Positions 33,737 through 43,954 of a stretch of 64,000 nt of DNA are shown piece after piece; the first letter of the stretch is position 1, and each line of letters begins with the position of its first letter. The DNA is from an uncultured Methanomicrobiaceae archaeon (GTDB taxonomy: Archaea > Halobacteriota > Methanomicrobia > Methanomicrobiales > Methanoculleaceae): the NCBI GenBank assembly GCA_963826525.1, contig CAWGXH010000003.1:128001-192000 (forward strand), given 5' to 3'. The notes beneath the pieces are model-generated. The model was not told where the DNA came from and ran no database searches. It saw nothing but the letters and a program-made list of their open reading frames with translations. The translations under genes and the position numbers were made by a program.

Positions 33737-34535
33737 TGATCGTCCTCACCTGTGCATGCCCGGCAAGATCGTCCGCCGTGAGGGTGAAGAGTTCGTCTAT
33801 GAGCGCCGTCCTGAAGGAATAGGGGCCGGTTGCTCTCGCGGCCGCATGCTCTCCTGCTCTTCCGAAGGCTGCAAGCGCTGCTGCGGAAGCAACCATGCGA
33901 TCCCCGGCGACTGCGGCGAAAGCTCCCGTGACCGATGCCGCCATGCACCCTGTCCCGGAGAGCCTGCCCATCAGGGGCGTGCCGTTCTCGACCAGAATGA
34001 CCCGTTTCCCGTCGGTGACGATATCGGTCGGCCCGCTCATCACCACCACGGCGCCGGTCGCACGGGCGCACTCGCGTGCGGTCTCGACCGGGTCACCGTC
34101 GACGCCGCCGGAGTCGACACCCCGCACCAGGCCGCCGGTGCCGGCGATCGTGCCGATCTCGCCGGGGTTCCCTTTCAGGACGGCGATCTCGATCCGGTCG
34201 AGGAGCCGCGCGACGCTCTCTGTCCGAAACCGCGTCGCTCCCGCTCCGACCGGGTCGAGGACGACCGGAATACCGAGTTCGTTCGCCCGCCCTCCGGCGA
34301 GAAGCATCGATTCGATCTGCGAGGCCGAGAGCGTCCCGATGTTGAGGACGAGGGCTCCTGCGGCTGCGACCATCTCGGCCGCCTCTTCGGGAGCGGCGGC
34401 CATCACCGGGGAGGCTCCGGCAGCGATCGTGATGTTGGCGCAGTCGTTGATCGTAACGGTGTTCGTGATGTGATGCACCAGCGGCTGCTTCGACCGCACG
34501 CGGATCAGCAGATCAGCACAGTTTCTTCCATCCAT
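33726..34535 (-). CDS. thiM: Hydroxyethylthiazole kinase
   Basis: [32 protein letters not shown] and GTGC; overlaps thiE. Confidence 0.95.
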   Translation of the reverse strand: MDGRNCADLLIRVRSKQPLVHHITNTVTINDCANITIAAGASPVMAAAPEEAAEMVAAAGALVLNIGTLSASQIESMLLAGGRANELGIPVVLDPVGAGATRFRTESVARLLDRIEIAVLKGNPGEIGTIAGTGGLVRGVDSGGVDGDPVETARECARATGAVVVMSGPTDIVTDGKRVILVENGTPLMGRLSGTGCMAASVTGAFAAVAGDRMVASAAALAAFGRAGEHAAARATGPYSFRTALIDELFTLTADDLAGHAQVRTINGL

Positions 34536-34786
34536 AGTATCTCCGTCTCATAAGCCCGGTTACGAAACAGAGAGATCTCTTCGATCTCTCCATATCTCTT
34601 TCGCTTCAGTCTTCCTTTAAGAGATCGCTTCACCTCGCAAGAACGGTCGGCCTCCCGGGACATGGCTCCGTAATAACGGATCTTCCCCTCGACCGGCGCC
34701 GGGACGGATCGGTGTTTTCGCTTGCCCCGGGATATGCGATAGTTTTATGCATCGGTATGGAAATCACCCGCCCCGAGGTGAACCCG

Positions 34787-35095
34787 ATGGAGAAGTTCGA
34801 AGAAGTGATGCGGAATCTGCAGCAGTTGTCGCCGCAGGAGCGGGGAAGGATTCTCGAGGAGGAGGGCGGGAAATGTATCTGCGGGGAGTGTCCGGTGTAT
34901 AACGAATGTGCGAAGAATGCTCACGAGGGGTTCTTCTGTGCGTGGGGGAAGAGTTTTGTCTGCATAACATCGGAGGAGAAGAAATGCATCTGCCCGGACT
35001 GCCCGGTGGTGGCCGACTGGGGAATGAAGAATATCTACCACTGCATGCGTGGCGAAGAACGGGCACAGTGGTTCGATCAGTATCTTCGAAGGTGA
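34787..35095 (+). CDS. DUF2769-like Cys-rich protein
   Basis: CICGECPVY..FFCAWGKS..CICPDCPV..YHC. Confidence 0.8.
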   Translation: MEKFEEVMRNLQQLSPQERGRILEEEGGKCICGECPVYNECAKNAHEGFFCAWGKSFVCITSEEKKCICPDCPVVADWGMKNIYHCMRGEERAQWFDQYLRR

Positions 35096-35292
35096 GAGTA
35101 TACCGATCCGTCGGCAACCCCGACAGGATGGATCAGGCCCCTGCTGCGGCAGGGGGTCACACCGACCCTGCCGATCGGCAGCGCAATCCGGGCATGGACA
35201 GACTCCTCGGGATAGACTTGGGTCAGATCCGCCTGTCCTATCCCGGCAATCCGGGAATACTAAAAATGAGTCCGGTGACCGTGTTTCACGGT

Positions 35293-36009
35293 TCACCTGA
35301 GTTTCTTCTTCGCTTCTTCGTACTCCTGTTCTTTCTGCTTTCGGAGTTCGGCTGCCGTCCTGACCTCTTCGGGGCTCCCTTTCTCTTCGAGTTCAATCCG
35401 CTCTGCTTCCCGCTTTAACTCCTCGGAACTCATGTAGCCGGACGGCTCGATATTTTCCTGGGCCTCCCGATACAGTTCTTCCGTGTGTCTCCGCTGTTCC
35501 TCGGCAGCAGACTGGCCGGAGGATTCACCCGCCGTCACCTGCTTTCCGCTCGCTTCACCCACCTGGATCTCTTTCCCCCGGGCTTCCGGAGTCTTCTTCA
35601 GGCGCACCTCCAGCACGCCGTTTCTGAAGGTGGCTTCCGCACCCTGGTCGGTGACATCGGCGGGGAGCGATACCGTGCGGGAGAGTGTCCCGAACCGTCG
35701 CTCCCGCAGGTAGTATCCTGCCTCTTCCTGCTCGGTCACCTCTTCATGCCGGGCCGATATCTGCAGCGTCTTTGGCTCAAGAAGCCGGAGCGAGATATTC
35801 TGCCGCTCGACGCCGGGGAGATCGGCAACGACCAGAACCTCGTCACCGTGCTCCCTGATATCGACGACCATCTCGGAGCCTTGGAGCATGGGTATCTGCT
35901 GCCGTGCTTCCCGGAAGCCTGCTACCATCTCATTAAACTGTCTCTGCATATCGACTATCATCTCATCAAAGTCGCCCCGTAATCCGCGTGTTGATCTTCC
36001 GAGTGCCAT
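35293..36009 (-). CDS. Hsp20/alpha-crystallin protein with long charged C-terminal extension
   Basis: VADLPGV, RERRFG and ATFRNGVLEV, IQV motif, then ~85 extra E/K/R-rich residues. Confidence 0.9.
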   Translation of the reverse strand: MALGRSTRGLRGDFDEMIVDMQRQFNEMVAGFREARQQIPMLQGSEMVVDIREHGDEVLVVADLPGVERQNISLRLLEPKTLQISARHEEVTEQEEAGYYLRERRFGTLSRTVSLPADVTDQGAEATFRNGVLEVRLKKTPEARGKEIQVGEASGKQVTAGESSGQSAAEEQRRHTEELYREAQENIEPSGYMSSEELKREAERIELEEKGSPEEVRTAAELRKQKEQEYEEAKKKLR

Positions 36010-36363
36010 AGTATACAACTCCTTTCCCAACCGTCCCTGCAGCATCTGCTACAGGGCTTCAAGTGCTGTCGCTATCTTATTAATGTTCCCGCACCGGGTT
36101 TCATCAGTCCGGGATACCTGTATCCGGGGGACCAGTCTTTCCTGGCGCACCTCTTCGACTCTCTTCTCACCCGGTAACTGCCGAAGCGCTGGCGCCTGCT
36201 GCTCCTGGTCTGGAACCGGTGCATCTCTGCCTTCTGGGGATCGGGCAGGTTCGTCCTGGTATCGTTCCGGAACGCCTGCCCTTTTCGATGGCTGTCGGTT
36301 AGCGAGAGCCCCTCCCGAACACTTGTTGCTCCCTCCCGGGCACTTTGCAGGAGGGGTGCAGTG

Positions 36364-36690
36364 ATGGTGGCAATCACATGGGCTATGCCGACCCTGCCGC
36401 TCGGCGATATGGACCTGGCACGGGCTTTTGATGGAGGAACACTCGGTTTCATCCCGAGTACAACCAACGAAACCGGTGCGCTCTATGATACCGGGAATGG
36501 AACATGCCTCATCCTCTTCCCGAGGGAAGCACTGGAAGCCGGCTTTTTAGTCCGGGATATCGAGGAGATGGAGAGCCGGCTGAAGCACGGGGGTGACGTT
36601 CCTTGAGCACGCTACGGCGGAGATGAAAATAGACGACGGGATCGCCGATATGAGAGAGACAATCTGCATGGTTCCGCGATACCGGGTTTT
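36364..36690 (+). pseudogene. Degenerate VOC/glyoxalase paralog
   Basis: PTLPLGDMDLARAF..GFLVRDIEE../TFLEH..DGIAD../AWFRDT parallels 7118..7549, with shifts, an internal gap and a lost end. Confidence 0.6.
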
Positions 36691-36763
36691 ATCCGGGAAC
36701 GTCGGTAACGGGGTTTTGCGGCAGGACACACGGAATACGTGAGCCTCGCCATCCCCGGAGTTC

Positions 36764-37219
36764 TCACTCGGAGATGAGCGTTGCGTTCTCCATCATCCGC
36801 TCGAGCAGAGAGACGATCAGAAGACGCTCCTCGCCGGAGAACCCGGTAAAGATCATCACGCTCCATGCTGCGGCTATCTCCCGCATTGCCGGCTCGATTG
36901 CTCTCCCCTTGTCGGTGAGAAAGAGCCGGTAAGCCCGCCGATCGCCCTCATCCCGCACACGCCGGACGTAGCCCGCCTGCTCGAGTCTGGTGACCGCACG
37001 GGTGATGGTGGCCTTATCGAACCGGCGGTCCCGTGCGAGCGTCTCCTGGTTGATGCCGTCGCGGCAGTACAGGGTCATCAGGAACGGGAACTGGCCGCTC
37101 CCGATACCATAGGGCTCGAGCCGTTTTGCCAGGTACACCTGGGTGGAGCGGTAGAGATAGGAGACGATCCCGCCGAGCGCCTCCGGGGGGATTCCCGGCT
37201 CCCGGCCGTCATCTGCCAC
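36764..37219 (-). CDS. MarR family regulator
   Basis: GINQETLA..DKATITRAVTRLEQAGYV..DRRAYRLFLTDKG. Confidence 0.9.
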   Translation of the reverse strand: MADDGREPGIPPEALGGIVSYLYRSTQVYLAKRLEPYGIGSGQFPFLMTLYCRDGINQETLARDRRFDKATITRAVTRLEQAGYVRRVRDEGDRRAYRLFLTDKGRAIEPAMREIAAAWSVMIFTGFSGEERLLIVSLLERMMENATLISE

Positions 37220-38657
37220 TGCTCGCTCCCTCCGGCGAAGCAACCCCTGCCGGCGGATCTGCTCGCCCGGTGATCAGACCTGCTGTATACCGCCGTGCCC
37301 AGAGGTAGCCGGTCGTCGCCCCGAGCATGTTCCCTGCGGCGATCCCCCACCAGATCCCGGTCAGCCCGAACCCGAGGTAGACGGCAAGTATCCAGACGAA
37401 GGCGATCGTCAGGATGACCGAGCGTAGAATCGTGACACAGAGCGAGTTCATTCCTCTCCCCGTCCCCTGGAAGAGCGAGGAGGAGAACATCCCGAAACCG
37501 ACCATCGGGTAGAAGAGGCACATTACCTGCAGGAAGGCGGTGAGGTCGGGAGCGAGGTGTGCCGACCCCTCTGCCGTCGTGAAGAGCGCGGCGATCCAGG
37601 GGGCGAGTACGTAGGTCGCCACGGCGAGTACCCCCCCTATCAGAAGCCCGAGCCGGACGGAGTAGAGGTGGGCGGTCTCCATCTGGTCGAACGTCCGTGC
37701 ACCGTAGGTTGCCCCCGTGACGGCGACGACCGCCATCGCGATCGCGAGCAGGGGGGTGATGGCTATCATGATCACCCGCCACCCGACCGAGTAGACTGCA
37801 ACGCCGTCGGTGCTGGCGACGAAGACGATGATCCCGTTCAGGACGAGCGTCGACAGTGCCATTATCATCTGTTCGACGGACGCGGGAACGCCGACTCGCA
37901 GGACATCCGTGACGATCGATCTCTGTGGGGCAAACCCGCTCCAGCGGAATGAGACGTAGGTATCCCGCTTGATGAAGAGCCAGTACCCGAGCAGCCCGAC
38001 CGAGGCGAGGATCGAAAGGACGGTCGCCCACGCGGCCCCGGCGATGCCCATATCGAGGGTGTAGATCAGGATCGGGTCGAGGACAATGTTGCCGACCGCA
38101 CCGAGCGCCATGGCGTACATCGGCCGCTTTGCATCACCCTCTCCCCGCAGGATTGCGTAGGCGACGTTCGTGAAGAGGATGGCCGCCGTTCCGAGAAAGA
38201 GGATCCTGCCGTATTCGGCTGCCATCCCGGCGGCGCTGCCCGCTCCGAGCAGGACGAAGAGGTTTCCGGCCAGCAGGTAGAAGGGCACCGTGACGACGAC
38301 GGCGAGCACCGCCAGCATGATCATGGTATGTACGGCGACGTTGTCGGCTCCGGCCTTGTTCCGTGCACCGATCATGCGGGATATTGCGGCTCCACCGCCG
38401 ACGCCGAGCCCGTTTGCGAGACCGATGATGATGAAGAAGAGCGGGAATGTGAATCCGACCGCGGCAAGGGCATCGGATCCGAGGCCCGCGACCCAGAAGG
38501 CATCGACGAGGTTGTATGCTGTCAGCAGGGTCATGGCGACCATCATCGGCAGGGCGAGTTTGACGATCGCCTTCTTCGGATCGGAGAGGAGCGTTCGTGT
38601 GCCTTCGGTTCCGTGGTCGGTGGGTGGTGCGTGCTGTGGTGAACTCTGATCCGTCAT
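37209..38657 (-). CDS. MATE family efflux transporter
   Basis: KLALPMM, YNLVDAFWV, LRGEGDAKRP and NIVLDPIL; overlaps marR. Confidence 0.9.
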   Translation of the reverse strand: MTDQSSPQHAPPTDHGTEGTRTLLSDPKKAIVKLALPMMVAMTLLTAYNLVDAFWVAGLGSDALAAVGFTFPLFFIIIGLANGLGVGGGAAISRMIGARNKAGADNVAVHTMIMLAVLAVVVTVPFYLLAGNLFVLLGAGSAAGMAAEYGRILFLGTAAILFTNVAYAILRGEGDAKRPMYAMALGAVGNIVLDPILIYTLDMGIAGAAWATVLSILASVGLLGYWLFIKRDTYVSFRWSGFAPQRSIVTDVLRVGVPASVEQMIMALSTLVLNGIIVFVASTDGVAVYSVGWRVIMIAITPLLAIAMAVVAVTGATYGARTFDQMETAHLYSVRLGLLIGGVLAVATYVLAPWIAALFTTAEGSAHLAPDLTAFLQVMCLFYPMVGFGMFSSSLFQGTGRGMNSLCVTILRSVILTIAFVWILAVYLGFGLTGIWWGIAAGNMLGATTGYLWARRYTAGLITGRADPPAGVASPEGASSGR

Positions 38658-38749
38658 GCTCTGAAACCTTCTTGCTGTCCGGAAAGGAAGTGCCCTGCGC
38701 CGGGTGGCACGGAATAGCTTCTGTAGCAATACATGCGTCGCGAGACTAT

Positions 38750-38769
38750 TTAGTTGCTATGTCAACGAA
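38750..38769. promoter_or_regulatory. Candidate MarR operator GTTG-N6-CAAC
   Basis: TTAGTTGCTATGTCAACGAA lies next to a minus-strand TATA-like CTAAATAG upstream of the MATE-marR unit. Confidence 0.4.
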
Positions 38770-38940
38770 CGGGGTAGGGTGGTGGCGGCAAAGAGAGGGA
38801 CCCTCTGCTGCGGCTGAAGCGGGCCGCAGGAGTGCCCGGACTATCCCCGGGGGCGGTAGAAAACAGCATGGTACGAAGGTCTCTTGTGGAGCCTGCCGGG
38901 AGAGGTGTGAAAATGTACTTCCTCCTGCAGGAACGATGAT

Positions 38941-40569
38941 CTACCCTGCAGGCGCCTGTTCTTCGACGCCGTAGTGTTTCCGCAGATACTCACGCACTTT
39001 CTCCGATTCGAGCCAGCCCCGATCGAGCTCTGTGATTATGCCGTCGATCTCGTATGCCTGGGTGAGTATCTTTTCTGCAAACTCGCTCCCGTCCATACCG
39101 GCGAGGGCAACGATCACCTGGAGCGGGTTTCGGATCTCGTCGTTGAGGATCGCCAGCTGCTCGAGGTTTCTGTCGATCTGTCGGAACGCTTCGCGCCTCA
39201 CCATATCCAGCTCCTTTCGTTTGGCCACGTCCCGGGCGGTGCTGAGAACAAACTGCTGCCCCTCGATGCTGATCGGGTATGTCGTAATCTCCACACAGAT
39301 CTGCGAACCGTCCGGCTGCTTCAGCATCAGTTCATCAGGCCCGGTGGCGATACCATGCCGGTTCTTCTCAAGGAGCGATGCCGCTTTCCAGAGTTCGCCC
39401 GGCACAAGGAGGTCGAGATCGAAGAACCGCTTTCCGATGAGCTCTTCCCTGGCATATCCGATGAGCTCTTCCGCCGTCCGGTTCCCGTCGATGAACCTTC
39501 CCTCCAGATCGTTGATGTAGATGGCATCGGGTGCGGACTCGAAGATGATCTTGAACCGCTCTTCCGAACTCTTCAGCGCAGCCTCATGCCGTTTCTGCTC
39601 GGTGACATCGGAGATGAAACCCTCCAGATCAACGGCCTCCCCCCCGGAAGAGGTAACTGCCTGCCCTTGCTCACAGACCCACTTCTCCTCGCCGGAGGCG
39701 GTGATGAGGCGGTACGTGATCTTGAATGGCGCGTGTTTCCCGACCGCTGTCTGAACCTCTTCCCTGACCCGTGCGCGATCGCCGGGGTGAATCAGATCCG
39801 CGAACGCCCGACGTCGGTTCTGCACCAGATCCAAAGGGGCATATCCGGTCAGCGCGCGGCATCCCTCGCTGATGAAGAGCATCGTCCACATCCGGTCGTT
39901 CAGGCGCCGGTATGCCATACCGGGAAGATTGCTCATGAGCGTTGCGAGCCTCCGTTCGCTCTCCCGCAATGCCTCTTCGGCACGGACACGCCCGGTGATA
40001 TCGATGCCGTAGACGTTGATAGCGTCTTCCTCCGGTACAGGCTCAAGAGTGAAGAGATAGATGCGATCCCCTGCACGGATCTCGACCTCGTGCCGCCTGC
40101 AGGTATCAATCGCCGTTCTGATTGTTGAGATCTGTAATGCAGGGAGCTCTTTTGCATCGGCCAGTCCGAATGTTGCGAGCACTTTTCCTGCCGCGGAGTT
40201 TGCATAAACGATCCTCCCGTCTCCCCTGACCCGCAATACGGGGTTCGGGTTTTCATTCGGGAACCGGGCGAAGTCCTGCACGGCAGCCTCGAATCCCTCT
40301 CTTCTCTCCGCTTCGGTATTGTGTCTGCAGTTCTCCCGCCCTCTCCGCCTCCGGACAGTGACGTAGCCTGCGCCGAGGAGAACCGGGCATATACCCGGGG
40401 GCAGCTCTGCATCGCTATCCCCCGTAAGTCCTCCGGCCGACCCGTGGTGATCGTGATCCGGAAGCGATTCCGGCATAGGATTCACGGCTGCCAGAGCGGC
40501 ATGCGAGACCGTCACTCCCGAAAGGGTGAGGAGTGCGAGGACGAGGCAGGCGAGGAGACGGATGTTCAT
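38941..40569 (-). CDS. Membrane-anchored multi-PAS sensor with C-terminal HisKA-like domain and no ATPase
   Basis: Hydrophobic N-terminus, FPNENPNPV, NLPGMAYR and ESAPDAIY PAS units; tail NDEIRNPLQ...LDRGWLES. Confidence 0.85.
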   Translation of the reverse strand: MNIRLLACLVLALLTLSGVTVSHAALAAVNPMPESLPDHDHHGSAGGLTGDSDAELPPGICPVLLGAGYVTVRRRRGRENCRHNTEAERREGFEAAVQDFARFPNENPNPVLRVRGDGRIVYANSAAGKVLATFGLADAKELPALQISTIRTAIDTCRRHEVEIRAGDRIYLFTLEPVPEEDAINVYGIDITGRVRAEEALRESERRLATLMSNLPGMAYRRLNDRMWTMLFISEGCRALTGYAPLDLVQNRRRAFADLIHPGDRARVREEVQTAVGKHAPFKITYRLITASGEEKWVCEQGQAVTSSGGEAVDLEGFISDVTEQKRHEAALKSSEERFKIIFESAPDAIYINDLEGRFIDGNRTAEELIGYAREELIGKRFFDLDLLVPGELWKAASLLEKNRHGIATGPDELMLKQPDGSQICVEITTYPISIEGQQFVLSTARDVAKRKELDMVRREAFRQIDRNLEQLAILNDEIRNPLQVIVALAGMDGSEFAEKILTQAYEIDGIITELDRGWLESEKVREYLRKHYGVEEQAPAG

Positions 40570-40825
40570 CGATATATCTGTTACCTTACTGTATGACGAT
40601 ATAGACGTTGCGTTTTCAAAAAATACCAGAGTATTGGATTTTTCCAGCTGTACTGGACGGACTCCGATCTTTCTGCTGCCTGTCACCTGTGGGCTGCCGT
40701 CGCGACTGCCTCCACCCCGGACTGCGGGTGGGCTTGAGGAGATCGATTGCGAGTTCGTCGTGCCGGGTTCTTCTGGATAGCAACACGTTTATACGAGCGT
40801 CCCGCATCTCGTATTCTGGAAGACT

Positions 40826-41092
40826 ATGCTGCATACTCGTGAAATAATCAAGAAGCTCTGGGATGCGCAGGGATACGGGAACCTTGCCGTCTGGCAGGAT
40901 GGAACGACCCGTGTGATCGCACCGGGCACGGATGCCGATGTGGGCGGGCAACAGCCTCTCGTTATCTTAAAGCCGATGCCGCTCGTGGGGGAATTCTCGC
41001 TTCTGGACTTTGCTCTCCACGATGGCGGGCTGCTCGAGAAGATCGAGGCGACCGTTCGCGAAGCGGGCGGCGAGATCGAGCGGGAGGAGTGA
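40826..41092 (+). CDS. Hypothetical protein
   Basis: Clean 88-aa ORF, TTTATA about 38 bp upstream. Confidence 0.65.
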   Translation: MLHTREIIKKLWDAQGYGNLAVWQDGTTRVIAPGTDADVGGQQPLVILKPMPLVGEFSLLDFALHDGGLLEKIEATVREAGGEIEREE

Positions 41093-41112
41093 ACGCCCGC
41101 ATCTTCGGGCGT

Positions 41113-41397
41113 TCAGAAGAGTAAGACTGCTAAATAGGCGATCACCGCAACGTGAACGACCGCGAATACCGGCACCAGCCGGAACTTCATCTTCTGGGTT
41201 TTGTGCCGCAGCCTCTGCATCGCAGCGTAGGCTCCGAACGGTCCGAGTATCGCGGCGAGCAGCAGCGTGCTCTCTTTCGTCCTCCACGCTCCGCGCTCAG
41301 CCGCCCGTTTGTCGTGTGCATAGCCGATGAATGCAACTACGTTTGCGAGAACGTAGAGTGCCGGAAGTACGATGATAGTGTCGGTAATCTGCATCAT
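41113..41397 (-). CDS. DUF1294 family membrane protein
   Basis: DKRAAERGAWRTKESTL..GPFGA..RHKTQK. Confidence 0.85.
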   Translation of the reverse strand: MMQITDTIIVLPALYVLANVVAFIGYAHDKRAAERGAWRTKESTLLLAAILGPFGAYAAMQRLRHKTQKMKFRLVPVFAVVHVAVIAYLAVLLF

Positions 41398-41451
41398 CCC
41401 TGTATGTACCGGCCGGTGCACCGGATACATTAGGTAAGGCATCCCGGCTTT

Positions 41452-42057
41452 TTATTCTGTTGAATCCGATCTCCGCTCACCGTGTCGGGCATCCTCCTCC
41501 AGCATGGAGCGCAGGTTCTTTCTTGCAGGTGTCTGCACCAGAATGTACCGTTCGCTCACCGATGCGGTCGTCCGCGCCGCCGTCTCCATGGCGAGGACGA
41601 TCGTCCGGATCGCGTCCCGGGGCGTTCCGCCTTTCCAGGAGTCACGGATGCAACGGTTTGCGACCTGCTTCGTGACGGCATTCCCGAGCACGATGAAGGT
41701 GCTCCCCGTGCCCTTCGAGACGGCGGTCATGCGGCCGTCTTCGAGGTCGGCGATGACATACTGCCCCCCCGAGGCGTAGAGCCTCCGGCTCCGGACAATG
41801 CCCTTCTCGGTCTCCCCGACTTCACCCACGAGAATGCCGCTTCGTTCTGCGACTTTGCTCTTCGTATCCCTGACATGCACGGCAATCCCGATCTCGTCTG
41901 CCCGCCGTGCGAGGTCTTCGTCGTTGACGATACGGCCGTCGTAGAGTTCGGCCTCGAGTCGGTCACGGCAGGATGAGTCCCCCGCAAAGAGGATCTCCCG
42001 CATGTCCCCGGCCATAACCGCGCCGCCTGTCCCGATAAATGCAATCACCAGACTCAT
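41452..42057 (-). CDS. DUF2121 / connectase (MJ0548-family, proteasome-beta-like)
   Basis: N-terminal (M)SLVIAFIG..GAVMAGD.R, GILVGEV, RRLYA, LGN..TK and TASVS. Confidence 0.8.
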   Translation of the reverse strand: MSLVIAFIGTGGAVMAGDMREILFAGDSSCRDRLEAELYDGRIVNDEDLARRADEIGIAVHVRDTKSKVAERSGILVGEVGETEKGIVRSRRLYASGGQYVIADLEDGRMTAVSKGTGSTFIVLGNAVTKQVANRCIRDSWKGGTPRDAIRTIVLAMETAARTTASVSERYILVQTPARKNLRSMLEEDARHGERRSDSTE

Positions 42058-42289
42058 TCCGGTATCGCCCCTTCACCTGACGTGAGAAAAAGTAGTCGGG
42101 GCTCTGCAACCATGAACGTATCGCCGTCTCTCCGGGGCAGCACTCGTCTGTGCTCCGGGGAGATCCGTGTACATTACGGCCTCCGAGAGAGCCCGGACAG
42201 ATACTCCGGTGTTCTCGGGTGGTCATATCCCATATTATACCCTGATCCCGATACCCGCCACCGGAACGGGGTGACAGTGCTTCGGCCGT

Positions 42290-43126
42290 TTAAAAGCCCT
42301 TTTCCCGGGAAGTGAGGTGTACCGTGACCCGGTATATCCCGGTTCCCACCATCCCCGCCCAGATCGGCAGCATCGCAACGAACACCGCCTCCCCGCCGAT
42401 AACTGCCGAAAGAAACGCCCAGGATAGCACGAGAAGCTGCGCGGACTGCACCCTGATTGGGGAGAGCCGTTTCCGGGTCCGATCGCCTGTCGTGGTGAGA
42501 TCCTGTGATTTACCTATCACCGCAAGGTAGAGGAGCGATCCGAGGAGGAGCGCGCCTCCCGGTGCCGGGGCGATGGGATCGATGGCCATGCCAGGCCCGC
42601 TGACGGCGAAGAAGCCGGTCTCGAGCGCTGCCAGAAGGGCAAACCCGATCTGCCGGCGGTTCGGCCGGGGGAGAAGTCCGTCCAGGAGGAACGCGGCTGA
42701 CGTGGCTGCCCCTGCGAGCAGGTAGCCCTGCAGGAGAGGCCATAAGCCGACGAGGAGCAGAACCACCGAGTCGAGCACCCGTGTCTGCAGCCCGGATGTC
42801 CGGTTAACCGTCCGCAGGAGAAGAACTGCCAGAAGTGCCGTGATCGGGTTGGGAAGCGGGAAAAGGACGAGTGCTCCTACCATCAGCCCTGTCGAGACGA
42901 ACGCTGCGTAATCCTCGTCGGGATCGAGTTCCCGTGCGAGTGCCCAGGCAAGAAAAACGGAGGCCGCTCCCGAGGCGGCGGCGATCACGCTCCCGGAGAT
43001 TGTCGCTCCGAGAAGAAGGGTGACGATAATGCCTCCCGCCAGGACGGCGAGCGTCAGGAGTACGATTGCCCGGTTTGTCGGATAATCGAGGTCGATCGAA
43101 CGGGCGAGGGTGAACGGTGGGGGCAT
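42290..43126 (-). CDS. Hypothetical integral membrane protein
   Basis: YPTNRAI, WALARELDPD and RTVNRTSG; many hydrophobic segments. Confidence 0.7.
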   Translation of the reverse strand: MPPPFTLARSIDLDYPTNRAIVLLTLAVLAGGIIVTLLLGATISGSVIAAASGAASVFLAWALARELDPDEDYAAFVSTGLMVGALVLFPLPNPITALLAVLLLRTVNRTSGLQTRVLDSVVLLLVGLWPLLQGYLLAGAATSAAFLLDGLLPRPNRRQIGFALLAALETGFFAVSGPGMAIDPIAPAPGGALLLGSLLYLAVIGKSQDLTTTGDRTRKRLSPIRVQSAQLLVLSWAFLSAVIGGEAVFVAMLPIWAGMVGTGIYRVTVHLTSREKGF

Positions 43127-43181
43127 GGGATCAGTGAACCCCTCTCTTCCGGGATGATGAATGTTCCGGCAGGACCGGGGA

Positions 43182-43888
43182 TCACTCGGCGGATTCGAAT
43201 CGTTCCCCCTCGAGCCGCAGAAGCGCCTCAGAAGGCTCTTTTCCGACCTGCCGGAGCGCAAAGGAGAGAGCGGCGTTGATGGTGAGCGTGTAGCCCGTTT
43301 CTCTCCTGTACTCGGTGGTCAGGAAGGTGATGTGATTGCGGTAGGTTGCGTCACGGGTGATGAAGATCAGATCGTCCGCCGTGTGGCCGAGGATCATCTC
43401 CCATATCAGTTCGTCGCCGATGGTATCCTTTTTCTCGCTCTTCGGAGGATTTCCGAGGAGCTTTCGTCGATGTGCACGCTCGACATGCTCTTCCGTCCTC
43501 TGGATGATCGTCACGTCCCGGTCCGCGATAAGCCGGGAGAAGGCGGCATAGATCGGGTCTCCGGCCGGATCGGCGATCATCCCCTGGATATCCGAGACGA
43601 GTGACTGGAGTGCAGAATCATACTCCTCTCCGATCCGGAGGAGCCGGGCGAAATCTGGCTGCTCTCGGATGATGAACGGGGGGAAATCTCACCGATCTCT
43701 GTCTTCTTTATCTGGCGGGAATGGGTATCGAGGATCCTGTCGCGGTTCCGGAGGAACTCGTCGAAGACCAGATCGGGGAAGAGAAGGTAGGGTTTGAGCG
43801 CCTCGATATCGCCGAAGATCTGCCCCGTATCCTCGTCCGACCAGTAAAGACCGAGGAAGAGATTCGTATCGATAAAGATTTTCGTCAT
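43182..43888 (-). CDS. PIN-domain protein (DUF4935-like); frameshifts between 43580 and 43690
   Basis: IFIDTN, DEFLRNR, GNPP..GDELIWE and FITRD acidic PIN motifs. Confidence 0.75.
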
Positions 43889-43954
43889 CGGTGAGCCATG
43901 TCACCGTGTCACGATAAGCGTTTCCCGGATGCGGGAGCCCGTGCCCCGCGCATG

